Position numbers and translations under genes: made by a program
Origin: Patescibacteria group bacterium
GTDB taxonomy: Bacteria > Patescibacteriota > Minisyncoccia > Phycocordibacterales > Phycocordibacteraceae
Direction: 5' to 3'
DNA length: 64,000 nucleotides
Assembly (NCBI GenBank): GCA_038064495.1
Contig: JBBTSZ010000002.1
Coordinates: 480,002 to 544,001, forward strand
Shown here: positions 48,269 to 59,261 of the stretch, piece after piece
How the letters are laid out: each line of letters begins with the position of its first letter
Position numbering within the stretch: position 1 is the first letter of the stretch
The notes under the pieces: generated by a model
Databases searched by the model: none
What the model was told of the DNA's origin: nothing
The model's input: only the letters and a program-made list of their open reading frames with translations

Positions 48269-51200
48269 ATGAGCAAATTCGTACATTTGCATACGCACAG
48301 CCATTACAGTTTCTTGCAGGCACTCCCGAAAGTGCCAGAACTCGTGAAGGCAGCGAAAGCAGCTGGCATGCCTGCGCTCGGTATTACGGACGCAGGTAAC
48401 CTCCATGCAGGCATAGAATTCTATAAGCAGGCAGAAAAGGCAGGTGTGAAGGCGATACTCGGGGTGGACGCGTACCTTGCACCACGCTCTCGCTTTGATA
48501 AAGAACAAAATGACTCAGCAGGTAAGCGTGCTCGTCTCGTGCTTCTCGCTAAAGACAATGTGGGCTACAAAAATCTTCTTGCCTTGATTACCAAGTCCTT
48601 CACCGAAGGATTTCTGGAGCGACCGCGCATGGACAAGAAACTCCTGCGCGAGCATGCGGAGGGGCTTATCGCCATTCTTCCGTCGTTTGCCGGCGAAGTG
48701 GCTCAACAACTAAAAGCTGGAGACCGGAATGGTGCCTCGGCAGCGCTTGCAGAATACGTAAGTATTTTTGGGAAAGAGAACGTATACCTCGAACTCACCC
48801 ACCATCCAAAGGTAGATGGTCATGAGAAACGCATGAAGCAGATTCGTGAGATTGCAGAAGCAGCAACCGTGAAAGTGGTTGCACAACACGATGTGTACTA
48901 CTTGAAGCCAGAAGACCGCGAAGCAACTGAAGTCATGCGTCGCATTCAACACGGGGGTGAGCGGAGTGCGAACGAAGAAGAAGACTTTTCGTTTGTGACC
49001 GAGAAACAAATGCTTGCGTGGTTTACCGATATACCTGAAGCAGTGTATGAAAGCGGCGCTATCGCGGAACGCTGCAATGTCACACTCAACCTCGGAAGCT
49101 GGAACTTCCCTGCCGTTCCAAGGGAACCCGGCAAGACCTATGAGGAAACGCTGCGAGAAAAGACGTATGCAGGTATCAAGGAACGGAACCTAGAGGAAAC
49201 GGACGAAGTGAAAGAACGCATTGAGTACGAGCTTGGCGTCATTATCGGAAAAGGATTTGCGCCCTACTTTCTTGCCGTGTCTGACCTCCTCCAACACGCA
49301 AAAGAAAAAGGAATCCTCACAACAACCCGTGGTTCTGCGGCAGGCTCCCTCGTGTCCTATCTAAACGGCATCACAAACGTGGACCCCTTGTTCTACAAAC
49401 TCCCCTTTGAACGCTTCCTGAATCCGGAACGTCCCAAGGCCCCTGATATTGATATGGACTTCGCCGATAACCGGCGTGACGAAATGATTGCGTATGCAAA
49501 AGAAAAATACGGTGAGGACCACGTCGCTCAAATCGGTACGTTCGGCACCCTTATGGCGCGCGCGGCGGTGCGTGACGTATCACGCGCACTCGGGCACGCG
49601 TACCGAACCGGAGACCAGATTGCAAAACTGATTCCCCTTGGTAGCCAGGGTTTTCCGATGACAATTGAACACGCACTTGAACTTGAGCCAGAGCTGAAAT
49701 CGCTTTATGAGGAAGACGATGATGTGCGTCAGATTATTGACCTTGCCCGGCGTATTGAGGGCTGTGTCCGCCACACGGGAGTGCACGCCGCTGGCGTCGT
49801 GATTGCACCAACACCGCTTTCCGAGTGGACACCGCTTCAAGTGGACCAGAAGACCGGAAAACTCATTACGCAGTACGACATGCATGCGGTTGAGGACGCC
49901 GGCCTTCTGAAGTTTGATTTCCTTGGCATTAAAAACCTCGCCATTCTTGCTGACGCCATCACTCGCGTGCGCGAATCAAAGGGAATTGAAGTTGATATTG
50001 AAAATATTCCCCTTGATGACACGACCACGTTTGCCATGCTCGCTCGTGGTGAGACGGAGGGCACCTTTCAGTTGAACGGCTCCGGCATGACCCGCTATCT
50101 GAAGGAACTGCGTCCGAACACAATTCATGACATTAACGCCATGGTGGCGCTCTACCGACCAGGTCCGATGGAAACAATTCCCCAGTACATTGAGCGTAAG
50201 GCGAACCCAAAACTCATCCGCTATATTGATGACCGCATGGCGGAGTACCTTGATGCGTCCTACGGACTTCTCGTATACCAAGATGACGTGCTTCTGACTG
50301 CCATCACCCTTGGCGGCTACACATGGCTTGAGGCGGACACGCTTCGTAAAGCTATGGGTAAGAAGATTCCGGAGGAAATGGAGGCACAGAAAGAAAAGCT
50401 TACCCGGGGCTTCCAAGAGTTTGGAAAGATTTCAAAAGAAAAGAGTAACCAGCTGTGGAAGTTGATTGAACCCTTTGCGGCGTACGGATTCAACAAGGCG
50501 CATGCCGCCTGTTACGGGAAGGTGGCATATCAGACTGCCTATATGAAGGCGAACTTCCCTGTTGAGTACATGGCGGCGGTCCTTACGGCTGATGCCGGCG
50601 ATACCGATTCTATTTCAGTCTTCGTGGCTGAGTGTGAACGTATGAAGATTCCGGTCCTTCCGCCAGACATTAATGAGAGTGGGAGTGACTTTACGGTTGC
50701 GGGAGATGCGGGCGACACCATCCGCTTTGGACTTACGTCCATTAAAAACTTTGGAGAGGGAAGTGCGGAGTCTTTGATTGAGGAACGGAAAGCACACAGT
50801 CCCTACACGTCGCTTTCCGATTTCCTTTCCAGGCAAAAAGGACGCTCCGTGAATCGTAAGTCGCTTGAGTCACTCATTAAGGCAGGTGCGCTTGATCGTT
50901 TTGGTGAGCGCACCCACCTGCTCGTGCATATTGAACAGCTTCTCGCGTTTCACCGAGACGCGACCGTAGAGGCTCCGCAAGATTCTCTTTTTGGTGCAGG
51001 ACATTTTGCACAGCCCGAACTCACCCTCCCTGAAAACAAAACTCCAACCTCCCTTTCGGACAAACTGGCGTGGGAAAAAGAATTGCTTGGTATCTATGTA
51101 TCTGGTCATCCGCTTGATAGTCACCACGCCACTTCTGAAAAAGCGCTTGTAACTATTGCTGGCATGAAGGCCGACCCCAAGCCCGGACTTCCCTTTATTA

Positions 51201-51430
51201 TTCCAGTCCTCGTGCGCGATGTGCGCACGATTCTCACGAAGTCGGGCGAAAAGATGGCCTTCATTAATTTTGAAGACAAGTCAACGAGCATTGAGGGAGT
51301 GATGTTTCCGAAACTCTTTAAGGAAAAAGGTTCGCTCGTTGCGCCCGGCGCATGCGTCCTCATTAAGGCAACCTCCTCCGTCCGTAATGGCGAACTTACA
51401 CTCGCTCTTGAGAACGTAAAGGCACTATAG
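48269..51430 (+). CDS. dnaE: DNA polymerase III alpha subunit
   Basis: PHP domain HLHTHSHYS, palm motifs, and the OB region. Confidence 0.93.
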   Translation: MSKFVHLHTHSHYSFLQALPKVPELVKAAKAAGMPALGITDAGNLHAGIEFYKQAEKAGVKAILGVDAYLAPRSRFDKEQNDSAGKRARLVLLAKDNVGYKNLLALITKSFTEGFLERPRMDKKLLREHAEGLIAILPSFAGEVAQQLKAGDRNGASAALAEYVSIFGKENVYLELTHHPKVDGHEKRMKQIREIAEAATVKVVAQHDVYYLKPEDREATEVMRRIQHGGERSANEEEDFSFVTEKQMLAWFTDIPEAVYESGAIAERCNVTLNLGSWNFPAVPREPGKTYEETLREKTYAGIKERNLEETDEVKERIEYELGVIIGKGFAPYFLAVSDLLQHAKEKGILTTTRGSAAGSLVSYLNGITNVDPLFYKLPFERFLNPERPKAPDIDMDFADNRRDEMIAYAKEKYGEDHVAQIGTFGTLMARAAVRDVSRALGHAYRTGDQIAKLIPLGSQGFPMTIEHALELEPELKSLYEEDDDVRQIIDLARRIEGCVRHTGVHAAGVVIAPTPLSEWTPLQVDQKTGKLITQYDMHAVEDAGLLKFDFLGIKNLAILADAITRVRESKGIEVDIENIPLDDTTTFAMLARGETEGTFQLNGSGMTRYLKELRPNTIHDINAMVALYRPGPMETIPQYIERKANPKLIRYIDDRMAEYLDASYGLLVYQDDVLLTAITLGGYTWLEADTLRKAMGKKIPEEMEAQKEKLTRGFQEFGKISKEKSNQLWKLIEPFAAYGFNKAHAACYGKVAYQTAYMKANFPVEYMAAVLTADAGDTDSISVFVAECERMKIPVLPPDINESGSDFTVAGDAGDTIRFGLTSIKNFGEGSAESLIEERKAHSPYTSLSDFLSRQKGRSVNRKSLESLIKAGALDRFGERTHLLVHIEQLLAFHRDATVEAPQDSLFGAGHFAQPELTLPENKTPTSLSDKLAWEKELLGIYVSGHPLDSHHATSEKALVTIAGMKADPKPGLPFIIPVLVRDVRTILTKSGEKMAFINFEDKSTSIEGVMFPKLFKEKGSLVAPGACVLIKATSSVRNGELTLALENVKAL

Positions 51431-51477
51431 ACAAAAAAGGGCGTGTGTGGTGTACTTTCTTCAGAAAAGGAGGAGTT

Positions 51478-51889
51478 GATGGCAAAGAGAACAAGCGTGC
51501 CTCCGGGCATGAAGGAAATACCAGTACCAAAAGGGTTGTTCATTGGTTCAACAGAAGAGCGTATCGAAAACTTCATCGGCGCCTGCATCAGGGTATATCT
51601 TGCGCCGAGCACCACATCGATGAAGGAGATTGACCAAGAATATGAGGAATTCACGGCTGAGGAACGAGCATTACTTAACCTCCGCGATTTGCTCCGGCAG
51701 GCCAGCTTCGTGGATATAGCTGTCTGGCTTTTTCCAGACCGGATAAAGAAGTGGGTCGCACACCGGCGCGCACATATTGCAAATGAGATGATTCAGAAAG
51801 CCTCTAGGCTTCGGGTGGACATCAAATGCGGGCGCGTCCGTCGTCCCAAGCACGTGAATCCGGGAACGATCGTTGTGCCCACACAGTGA
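51478..51889 (+). CDS. Hypothetical protein
   Basis: AAAGGAGGAG RBS; 137 aa. Confidence 0.4.
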
Positions 51890-51892
51890 ACC

Positions 51893-51925
51893 CAAACGGC
51901 GGCCCTTTGGGGCCGCCGTTTTCTA
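51893..51925 (+). terminator. Intrinsic terminator
   Basis: aacggcggccctttggggccgccgtt followed by ttc. Confidence 0.7.
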
Positions 51926-51976
51926 TGTCATACCCCACTTACGTAAATCCGGTCTGCTCTGTATACTCACTACTAC

Positions 51977-53719
51977 ATGGCCTCACTCGAGGAGAAACGT
52001 CATACGCTCGCCCACCTGCTCGCCGCAGCGGTGCTGGAGCGCTACCCGAACGCGAAAACAACGATTGGCCCAGCCGTTGATAACGGGTTTTACTACGACT
52101 TTGATTTCTCCGGTGGCGAAGCTCCAAAAGAAGCTGACTTGGCTTCCCTTGAAGAAGTGATGCGTGAACTTCTTTCCTCCTGGAATGAAATGACCGGCAC
52201 TGAGGTGTCTGAGAAAGATGCGCGAGACCGTTTTAATGCAAACGAATACAAGCGAGAGATTATTGATGGCATCGTAGCCGCGAATGAGACTATTACGCTC
52301 TATACCGCTGGCAACTTCACGGACCTGTGTCGTGGTGGACACGCAGAGAATCCCAATCACGAAGTGAAGGCAGACTCCTTCACGCTTGACCGTATCGCGG
52401 GTGCGTATTGGCGTGGCGACGAGACGAAACCAATGCTCACGCGCATCTACGGACTCGCCTTTGATACGAAAGCGGAACTGGAAGCCTATAAAGAACAGCA
52501 GGAAGAAGCGAAGAAGCGTGACCACAAGAAACTTGGCCGTGAACTTGATCTCTTTGTGTTCTCAGAACTCGTAGGTCCAGGACTTCCCCTCTTCACCCCA
52601 AAAGGAACAATGGTAAGAGACCTGCTCGATGAATTTGTATGGGAACTCCGTAAGCCGTATGGTTATGAAAAAGTAGAGATTCCACACATCACGAAAAAAG
52701 ACCTGTATGAGACGTCAGGTCACTGGGACAAATTTAAAGACGAACTGTTCCGTATCACAACTCGTGAGGGACACGAATTTGCGATGAAGCCGATGAACTG
52801 TCCGCACCATACACAAATCTACGCTCGTAAGCAGTGGAGCTACCGTGAACTTCCCCAGCGTTACAGCAATACGACGACGTGTTATCGGGATGAACAATCA
52901 GGTGAACTCTCCGGCCTATCTCGTGTTCGGGCATTCTCTCAAGACGACGCGCACGTGTTCTGTCGCGTAGCGGATGTAAAAACAGAATTCCTTAAGGTCT
53001 GGGATATTATTCATGCGTTTTATCCAACGTTTGGATTTGACCTACAAGTTCGTTTTTCTACCCATGACCCCGAGCATCCAGAAAACTATCTTGGTGATCC
53101 ATCGGTATGGAATACAGCTGAAGCAGTGCTCGCAGAAGTTCTTGAAGAGAAACAGATTGAAGCAATTCCGGGTCTTGGTGAAGCGGCTTTTTACGGTCCG
53201 AAGCTTGATTTTATTGCCAAGGATTCACTCGGCCGAAGCTGGCAGGTAGCAACCATTCAGCTTGATATGAATCAGCCTGAGCGCTTTGACCTCACCTGTA
53301 TTAATGAGGAAGGTAAGAAGGAACGTATCGTGATGATTCACGCAGCCATTATGGGTTCTATCGAACGCTTCCTTTCCATCCTTATTGAACACACTGCAGG
53401 AAATCTCCCCGTATGGCTCTCACCGGTCCAAGTGCGCGTGCTTCCCGTTTCAGATAAACAAGCGGAGTATGCGGCTTCGGTAGCTACTTCCTTACAGACT
53501 TCAGGTGTGCGTGCTGATGCAGATATGTCGAACGAATCTCTTGGTAAGAAAATCCGTGCTGCGAAAACAGAGAAGATTCCCTACCTACTCGTTGTAGGTG
53601 ACACGGAGATAGCTGACAGTACCGTCACCGTTGAAATGCGTTCTGGAGAAAAGATGGGTGCCCTTTCGCTTCAAGACTTCGCTGACCGTATCACTAAGGA
53701 GATTCAGGAGCGCGCGTAA
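51977..53719 (+). CDS. thrS: Threonyl-tRNA synthetase lacking the N-terminal TGS domain
   Basis: Editing-domain HxxxH (RHTLAHLLAAAV), class II motifs and an anticodon-binding domain. Confidence 0.93.
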   Translation: MASLEEKRHTLAHLLAAAVLERYPNAKTTIGPAVDNGFYYDFDFSGGEAPKEADLASLEEVMRELLSSWNEMTGTEVSEKDARDRFNANEYKREIIDGIVAANETITLYTAGNFTDLCRGGHAENPNHEVKADSFTLDRIAGAYWRGDETKPMLTRIYGLAFDTKAELEAYKEQQEEAKKRDHKKLGRELDLFVFSELVGPGLPLFTPKGTMVRDLLDEFVWELRKPYGYEKVEIPHITKKDLYETSGHWDKFKDELFRITTREGHEFAMKPMNCPHHTQIYARKQWSYRELPQRYSNTTTCYRDEQSGELSGLSRVRAFSQDDAHVFCRVADVKTEFLKVWDIIHAFYPTFGFDLQVRFSTHDPEHPENYLGDPSVWNTAEAVLAEVLEEKQIEAIPGLGEAAFYGPKLDFIAKDSLGRSWQVATIQLDMNQPERFDLTCINEEGKKERIVMIHAAIMGSIERFLSILIEHTAGNLPVWLSPVQVRVLPVSDKQAEYAASVATSLQTSGVRADADMSNESLGKKIRAAKTEKIPYLLVVGDTEIADSTVTVEMRSGEKMGALSLQDFADRITKEIQERA

Positions 53720-53732
53720 CTCTACAAATAGC

Positions 53733-53766
53733 AAAGGCCCGGATGCATGCATCCGGGCCTTTTTGA
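53733..53766. terminator. Bidirectional terminator
   Basis: aggcccggatgcatgcatccgggcct followed by ttttg. Confidence 0.7.
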
Positions 53767-53780
53767 ATCGGCAAAAGAGC

Positions 53781-53936
53781 TTATTGATAGGTCGCGAACG
53801 TCAAAACAATGCCGTATATCAGAGCAACAACAACGACGAGGCGAAGACAGTACGCGGGCCAGCCCAGTTCCCGTCCCGGTTGCGTGAGCTCATCCGTATT
53901 TCTACTTGGACTTTTATCTCTCCAATTCTTGCCCAT
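53781..53936 (-). CDS. Small membrane protein (51 aa)
   Basis: AGAGGAGG RBS; single TM helix. Confidence 0.4.
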   Translation of the reverse strand: MGKNWRDKSPSRNTDELTQPGRELGWPAYCLRLVVVVALIYGIVLTFATYQ

Positions 53937-53983
53937 ACGTTCCTCCTCTGTTGTCCTAGGCTGGAGTATGTCACTTGGGTGTA

Positions 53984-54025
53984 CCAAAAGCAAAAGCCGA
54001 GACTGAATAGTCTCGGCTTTTGCTT
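53984..54025. terminator. Bidirectional terminator
   Basis: aagccgagactgaatagtctcggctt flanked by an A-run and a T-run. Confidence 0.7.
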
Positions 54026-54042
54026 AAACGTCCGTAGAGGAA

Positions 54043-56091
54043 TTATCCTTCAATCGTATGGAGTGCACGCGTGAGTGCGAGCTTTACTCCGGTAACGCCT
54101 GCTGAGTAGCGAGCATCAACCGCCGTTGAGAGTGACTCAATAAGTCGCTCAAGAAACGATGGTGAGCAATCTACACAGATGCGTGCAATTTCAGGATGGA
54201 CCTTGGTGCCATCAAGTTTTGCCCGGTAGGCATCATCAAGCGCAACAATGACATGCGAAAGGAACGCCTCAGCATCGCCACCTGCCTGATTGATACTGCG
54301 AACCATCTTGAAGACCGTCTCCTTCTCGCCTGCCATGAGCGCGGTGAGAAATGCCGGCACGTCTGAAGGAGTTTCCTTTGCGACATGCGGTGCATGCTCA
54401 ACCACAGGTACCTGGTGAATTGATACAGCGACTGGAGCTGGAGCGACAGGAATAACGGGTAGCTCTTCCTCACGAGAGAGTCCCTTCACAATGTCTTCAA
54501 TAGACAGTGCGCGTTCCTCACCTGCGAATGATTTGAATCCTTCGTAGGAACTGTGGGTTGTGCGCGTCGTGACCGGAGCACTCACGGCATGCACCATTGG
54601 TGTCGTGTGCGCAACCGTATGCGCTACGGGACGATGTACCGATGTATTTTCTACAACGTGCGTACTCTGGCCAGTCACCTTTTTAAAGGCAACCGGAAGG
54701 GCTCCGAAGAGGATGAGATAGGCAAGAGCGAGGCTCCAGAGGATAAGCATGAGCCAGTAGATGGCGGTGCCGATCGGACCAAGATCAAGACCGGTGTATG
54801 GAAGATCTGAGAGATAGACGTACGAGAGTGGCTGATCTGGTGGACTTGGAAGCTGCGTTAGTGACACGTGCGGGTTGTTGCTCGTACTTCCATGACGGAC
54901 ACGCACTTCAAGTGTTGCTGAACAAGAAATGATTTGACCATTGTATCCGTAGAAGGTTCCTTCGTAACGATAGGTGCCTCGCCCGGGTGACACGGTGCGT
55001 GAACCAGTTTGGCCGGTGTAGCCACCACCGTTACTAATGTAGACCTGGCGAACGTTTTCGCTACCCCACGTAAGTTCAGCATCGTCACCGTCATAAATAG
55101 TTGAAGGGCTCACACTCATGCGGCAGGTAGGACCAACGGAAGGTGTGTCTACCGATACGCTTGTTGTACACGTAACTGTTCCACCAGCGCCTGTGGCGGT
55201 GAGGGTGTAATTCGTAGAAACAGATGGACTCACACTACGAGAACCATCCTGCGCTACTGCACCAATACCCCGGTCAATGCTGACACTGGTTGCGTTACTC
55301 GTGTTCCAAACGAGCGTACTGACTCCACCAGTTGAAATGCTGTTTGGCGACGCTGAAAGCGTACACGTTGGTGCGTTTGGTGGAGGTGGTGGTGTATTCG
55401 TTACCGTAATTGGTGCAGAACAATAAACCGTACCCCCAGGGCCAAATGCCGTGAGCGTATACGTTGTTGAGTTGTTTGGTGAAACGGTGCGAACACCTGA
55501 GGTCCCGACACCGCCAATTCCGTTATTGATGGAAACTGACGTTGCATTACTGGTGGTCCACGAAAGAGTGCTACTACCTCCCCGCTCGAGTACCTGTGGG
55601 TTTACCGTGAGCGTACACGTTGGTGCGTTTGGTGGCGGGGGCGGGGGTGGAAGTGTCGTGACGGTGACGGTTGTTGAACAATTCGTACTACCTCCAACAC
55701 CCGTAACGGTCATAGTGTACGTTGTCGTTTGAGTTGGAACGACGGTACGGGCACCGCTACCTGTGCCGACTGAACCGATACCTTGGTTGATTGTTGCACT
55801 TGTCGCATTATTCGTGGTCCAAGAAATCGTAGAAGCACCGCCAAGCGTAACCGAGCTTGGATTTGAAGAGAGAGAACAGACTGGGGGTGGAACGAGTACG
55901 GGCGGAATGATTGGTGGTGGAGGTACCACGCAGCATGGCGGACCAACGATGATGGCATGCACCGACTGTGGCGTGACGAATCCTCCAGCGAAGGCCATGC
56001 CCACACCGATTGCAAACACCGACACCACGGTGAATACACCGGTCAATACCGGTCGGTTCTTGGTTTCTGAAATTGTTTCGATGCTGTTCAT
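54043..56091 (-). CDS. Surface protein with about four tandem Ig-like repeats joined by poly-Pro linkers, a TM helix and a cytoplasmic C-terminal domain
   Basis: N-terminal signal anchor; repeated ~95-aa units (...SWTTNNATS...TYTLT...) separated by PPPPPNAPTCTL; a second TM helix near residue 430. Confidence 0.55.
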   Translation of the reverse strand: MNSIETISETKNRPVLTGVFTVVSVFAIGVGMAFAGGFVTPQSVHAIIVGPPCCVVPPPPIIPPVLVPPPVCSLSSNPSSVTLGGASTISWTTNNATSATINQGIGSVGTGSGARTVVPTQTTTYTMTVTGVGGSTNCSTTVTVTTLPPPPPPPNAPTCTLTVNPQVLERGGSSTLSWTTSNATSVSINNGIGGVGTSGVRTVSPNNSTTYTLTAFGPGGTVYCSAPITVTNTPPPPPNAPTCTLSASPNSISTGGVSTLVWNTSNATSVSIDRGIGAVAQDGSRSVSPSVSTNYTLTATGAGGTVTCTTSVSVDTPSVGPTCRMSVSPSTIYDGDDAELTWGSENVRQVYISNGGGYTGQTGSRTVSPGRGTYRYEGTFYGYNGQIISCSATLEVRVRHGSTSNNPHVSLTQLPSPPDQPLSYVYLSDLPYTGLDLGPIGTAIYWLMLILWSLALAYLILFGALPVAFKKVTGQSTHVVENTSVHRPVAHTVAHTTPMVHAVSAPVTTRTTHSSYEGFKSFAGEERALSIEDIVKGLSREEELPVIPVAPAPVAVSIHQVPVVEHAPHVAKETPSDVPAFLTALMAGEKETVFKMVRSINQAGGDAEAFLSHVIVALDDAYRAKLDGTKVHPEIARICVDCSPSFLERLIESLSTAVDARYSAGVTGVKLALTRALHTIEG

Positions 56092-56223
56092 AGTGATTTC
56101 TTCTAACGCTTGTAAGTAATGAGTAACAAATAAAATGCCCCAGCCACAGAGTGGGGTATGAAAAAGGGGAGGTTCCTAAGCGGGTGCGAACACCCGCTTA
56201 GGATTTTGAGAAGTGAGTGCACC

Positions 56224-57228
56224 TTACGGGAACGGTCGGAAGTCCCAGGGCAGAAGATCTGCCCTCTTATTCCATTCAGTTCCTGATCGGTTCTCCCGGT
56301 AATCCTCCCACGAGGTAACACCTTGGCTGCGAGAGTGTAGGCGACCTGTCCGTTCAAGACAGAACGCTACAATCATTTCCTGCGCAGGTGTAGCTGCCTC
56401 ATGCGGAACGCGAACGATATACTCGCCCGTTTCCGTAATTGGGATGCTCGCAGCACCCTGGATGTCCTTGCGGTAAAACGGCACGAGTCGCCTCATGTCG
56501 CAATACTGCGGACAATAGGCATCCATGTTGCGATAGATCGTGTCATTCGGACCTTTGTAGGCCCAACACCGATCCTCTACATCCACAGTGCCGTTGCGAT
56601 ATATACCAACCATCACGCGAAGGTCGCCACGATTCACATCCGCTTGGAAGTGAATCTCGTCGCAATCTGCACGAACAGGTGCAGCGAGCGCACGGTATTT
56701 GCCGAGACTCGGGTTCGCGCAATGCGCGAACATCACGAACTTACCGGTCTCGGGATTAATCCACTTCGCCTCACCTTTCTTCAGCGTCCGGTGCACGCAC
56801 TGGATGATGAAGGTGAAGGTTGAACCGCTCGGGACCATACATGCCGACCAGTATTCCTCTTTGTCGGTTGCCGTAACAGCAACCAAGGAACGCAGATAGG
56901 CGGGCAGGTCGGCAAGCGAATTGAGGTGCGTCGTTTTCGGGTCGACAATCTTCAATGCTCCGAAGAGCGCCGAAAGGGTGCCGCACGCACGTTTCCGTGC
57001 GTCCGAACGTGCGCATTTTTCCGGCTCTAGCAGCGAGCTTTCGCCCTTGCCACCTGCAAGTGCACGTTCAACTTTGACCGCCAAGTCGCGAGGCGACTGA
57101 TTATCTAGGCTGAATGATAGGTGCGGGTGGTGTACTTTCGCCGTTTTGGTTGGTGATGCAGCCGAAGCTGTATGTCCTCCCACTGCCGTAATCAGCAGCG
57201 CGAGGGCGACGAGCCAAACTTTGCTCAT
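56224..57228 (-). CDS. Secreted Cys-rich hypothetical protein
   Basis: Signal peptide MSKVWLVALALLITAVGGHTASA; multiple Cys. Confidence 0.5.
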   Translation of the reverse strand: MSKVWLVALALLITAVGGHTASAASPTKTAKVHHPHLSFSLDNQSPRDLAVKVERALAGGKGESSLLEPEKCARSDARKRACGTLSALFGALKIVDPKTTHLNSLADLPAYLRSLVAVTATDKEEYWSACMVPSGSTFTFIIQCVHRTLKKGEAKWINPETGKFVMFAHCANPSLGKYRALAAPVRADCDEIHFQADVNRGDLRVMVGIYRNGTVDVEDRCWAYKGPNDTIYRNMDAYCPQYCDMRRLVPFYRKDIQGAASIPITETGEYIVRVPHEAATPAQEMIVAFCLERTGRLHSRSQGVTSWEDYRENRSGTEWNKRADLLPWDFRPFP

Positions 57229-57330
57229 TCTCTTAACTCCCCTATAGCGCCGCTCCGAAATGGAACGGCTTTGGTTGAAGGAACAACTCTCTTTCTCTTT
57301 GTGTTTGCAAAGAGTTAGCCGAAAACGAAC

Positions 57331-57987
57331 CTAGTTCGTTACAGGGTAACTCCCAACAAGCTTTGCAATGACCACGAACCGGTCGCTCTTGCTCGCAAAC
57401 GAATCACAGGTCACGAGCGTGAGCTTATTACCGGAGACGGACAAGGGGATGCCATCTTTCTTGGCAGAGGCACTTGCGACGGTCTCCACGGCGTAGATAT
57501 AGACGCGGTCCTTGCCCGTGACGAGGATTTGGTCCCCGGTCTTCAGGTTCTGAATCCCGTCAAAGGTCTTGAACGCCTGGTTGTGGACGACCGGCAAGTA
57601 GCTTGAATGGCCAAACATGACCACGTTCGCTCCCGGCGTACCAAGAAGACCTGAGGTTGGATAGCGCACCGCGCCAACCAACAGATTTTGATCAAGCACC
57701 GCTGGATCTGCGGTCGTTGGATTTGCAACGCTCGCAACCAAGTTGATGCTTGGAATCTGAATCTTTGTTGGAAACTCGCCGGGCACTTTTGCCGTTGCGC
57801 TTGCAATCGGTCCTGTTGCACTGGCGGTGTCCGTAAGCGTCGTGCTGTTTGGGACCAGGTCAAAGAAACCGAGCACAATAAACGAACTCAAAAAAACGAA
57901 TAGGGTAAGGCCGAGGAAGCTCCACTTCCTCTCAAGAATTGGTGAGCTGCCCTTACGGGAGCTCAAACTATGGTTGTTTCCTGGCAT
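57331..57987 (-). CDS. srt: Sortase-family transpeptidase
   Basis: N-terminal TM anchor, His (VVMFGHSSY) and an LVTCDSF (TLxTC-type) Cys motif. Confidence 0.75.
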   Translation of the reverse strand: MPGNNHSLSSRKGSSPILERKWSFLGLTLFVFLSSFIVLGFFDLVPNSTTLTDTASATGPIASATAKVPGEFPTKIQIPSINLVASVANPTTADPAVLDQNLLVGAVRYPTSGLLGTPGANVVMFGHSSYLPVVHNQAFKTFDGIQNLKTGDQILVTGKDRVYIYAVETVASASAKKDGIPLSVSGNKLTLVTCDSFASKSDRFVVIAKLVGSYPVTN

Positions 57988-58080
57988 ATCGTCCTACTAA
58001 CAAATACACCATAAACTGCGTACTGTCAAGTCTTACGACCCGCCACCTCCCAAGGAGAGGTTTGACAAAAAATAAACAGT

Positions 58081-59199
58081 GTGGTAAACAGGTGCTATAT
58101 GGAAACGACTACAATTCAGTCCAAGAAGGGCCCAATGAACGGTCTTGCCGTCGTAGGGTTCGTAGCCCTTATTATCATTGGTATTTTGACGGCTATTTAC
58201 GCCGCAAGCTTTATTCCTAAGGCTCTTTCGCGATTCTCATCTGCGAACGTATACCTTTCAAATCTTTCTGCAACGGATGGAACGGACACGACAGCGACTA
58301 CGCCAACAACTCCTACCGTCGCGACGACGCCAGAACCAACGGTACCGGTCTCCCCTACGCAAGCGGCGCCAGCAGCACCCGTTGTGACTACGCCTACCTA
58401 CGTTACTCCTGTCTACACAGCACCTACACCTACCGTTGTACGTGTACCCGCTCCACAAACGTATTATTCAGGTTTGCCTGACCTTTCGGTCACCATCACG
58501 GACGTTGGATATCTTCGTACCAACAGCATTGATTCGTTTGTATCAGCCAACTCAGTTCCTCGTGGCTATCAGGGAGCTGTTCGCTACACAGTTCGCAACG
58601 AAGGCACCAATGTGTCTGGAAACTACCGTGTTGAGATTCGCGTCTCTACGAACGGCGGAAACGATACCGACAGCGTGAGTGGATCAAATCTCGTACCAAA
58701 CCGTAGCGTCACCGGAACCGGTGTGTTTGATGCGAACAGTTCTGGTACAGCAACCATTCGCATTACCGTTGATGCTCGTGACGATGTAGATGAGTCTCGC
58801 GAAAACAACAATGACGATTCTGACAGCATTCGTTTGAACGGTTCCGATAACTCTTCAAACGATAGTTACGACAGTAATGGTCGTTATTGCCCATACGGAA
58901 CCTATCATGCGAACAATCGCTACTACTGCAACACGTCAGACTCTGGCACTGATTCTTATGATAGTAATGGTACCTACTGCCGATACGGTACGTACTACTC
59001 AAATGGCCGCTACTATTGTGACTCTTCAAATACCACGAATAATTCCTCGTACGACAGTAATGGAAATTTCTGCTCCTACGGAACGTACTACTCGGGTAGT
59101 CGCTACTATTGCAACACCTCTGGCAGTCAGTGGTACACACGAGACCAAAACTGTACGTATGGAAACTACTACAACGACGGAACAAGTTACTGCTACTAA
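58081..59199 (+). CDS. Membrane-anchored surface protein with a Thr/Pro-rich stalk and four Cys/Tyr-rich repeats
   Basis: TM helix; TTATTPTTPTVATTPEP linker; four repeats of SYDSNGxYCxYGTYYSNGRYYCNTS. Confidence 0.55.
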   Translation: MVNRCYMETTTIQSKKGPMNGLAVVGFVALIIIGILTAIYAASFIPKALSRFSSANVYLSNLSATDGTDTTATTPTTPTVATTPEPTVPVSPTQAAPAAPVVTTPTYVTPVYTAPTPTVVRVPAPQTYYSGLPDLSVTITDVGYLRTNSIDSFVSANSVPRGYQGAVRYTVRNEGTNVSGNYRVEIRVSTNGGNDTDSVSGSNLVPNRSVTGTGVFDANSSGTATIRITVDARDDVDESRENNNDDSDSIRLNGSDNSSNDSYDSNGRYCPYGTYHANNRYYCNTSDSGTDSYDSNGTYCRYGTYYSNGRYYCDSSNTTNNSSYDSNGNFCSYGTYYSGSRYYCNTSGSQWYTRDQNCTYGNYYNDGTSYCY

Positions 59200-59261
59200 A
59201 CTTCCTCAACAAGAAAACCGCTCGGCATATGCCGAGCGGTTTTCTTGTTGAGAAGTGCGCT

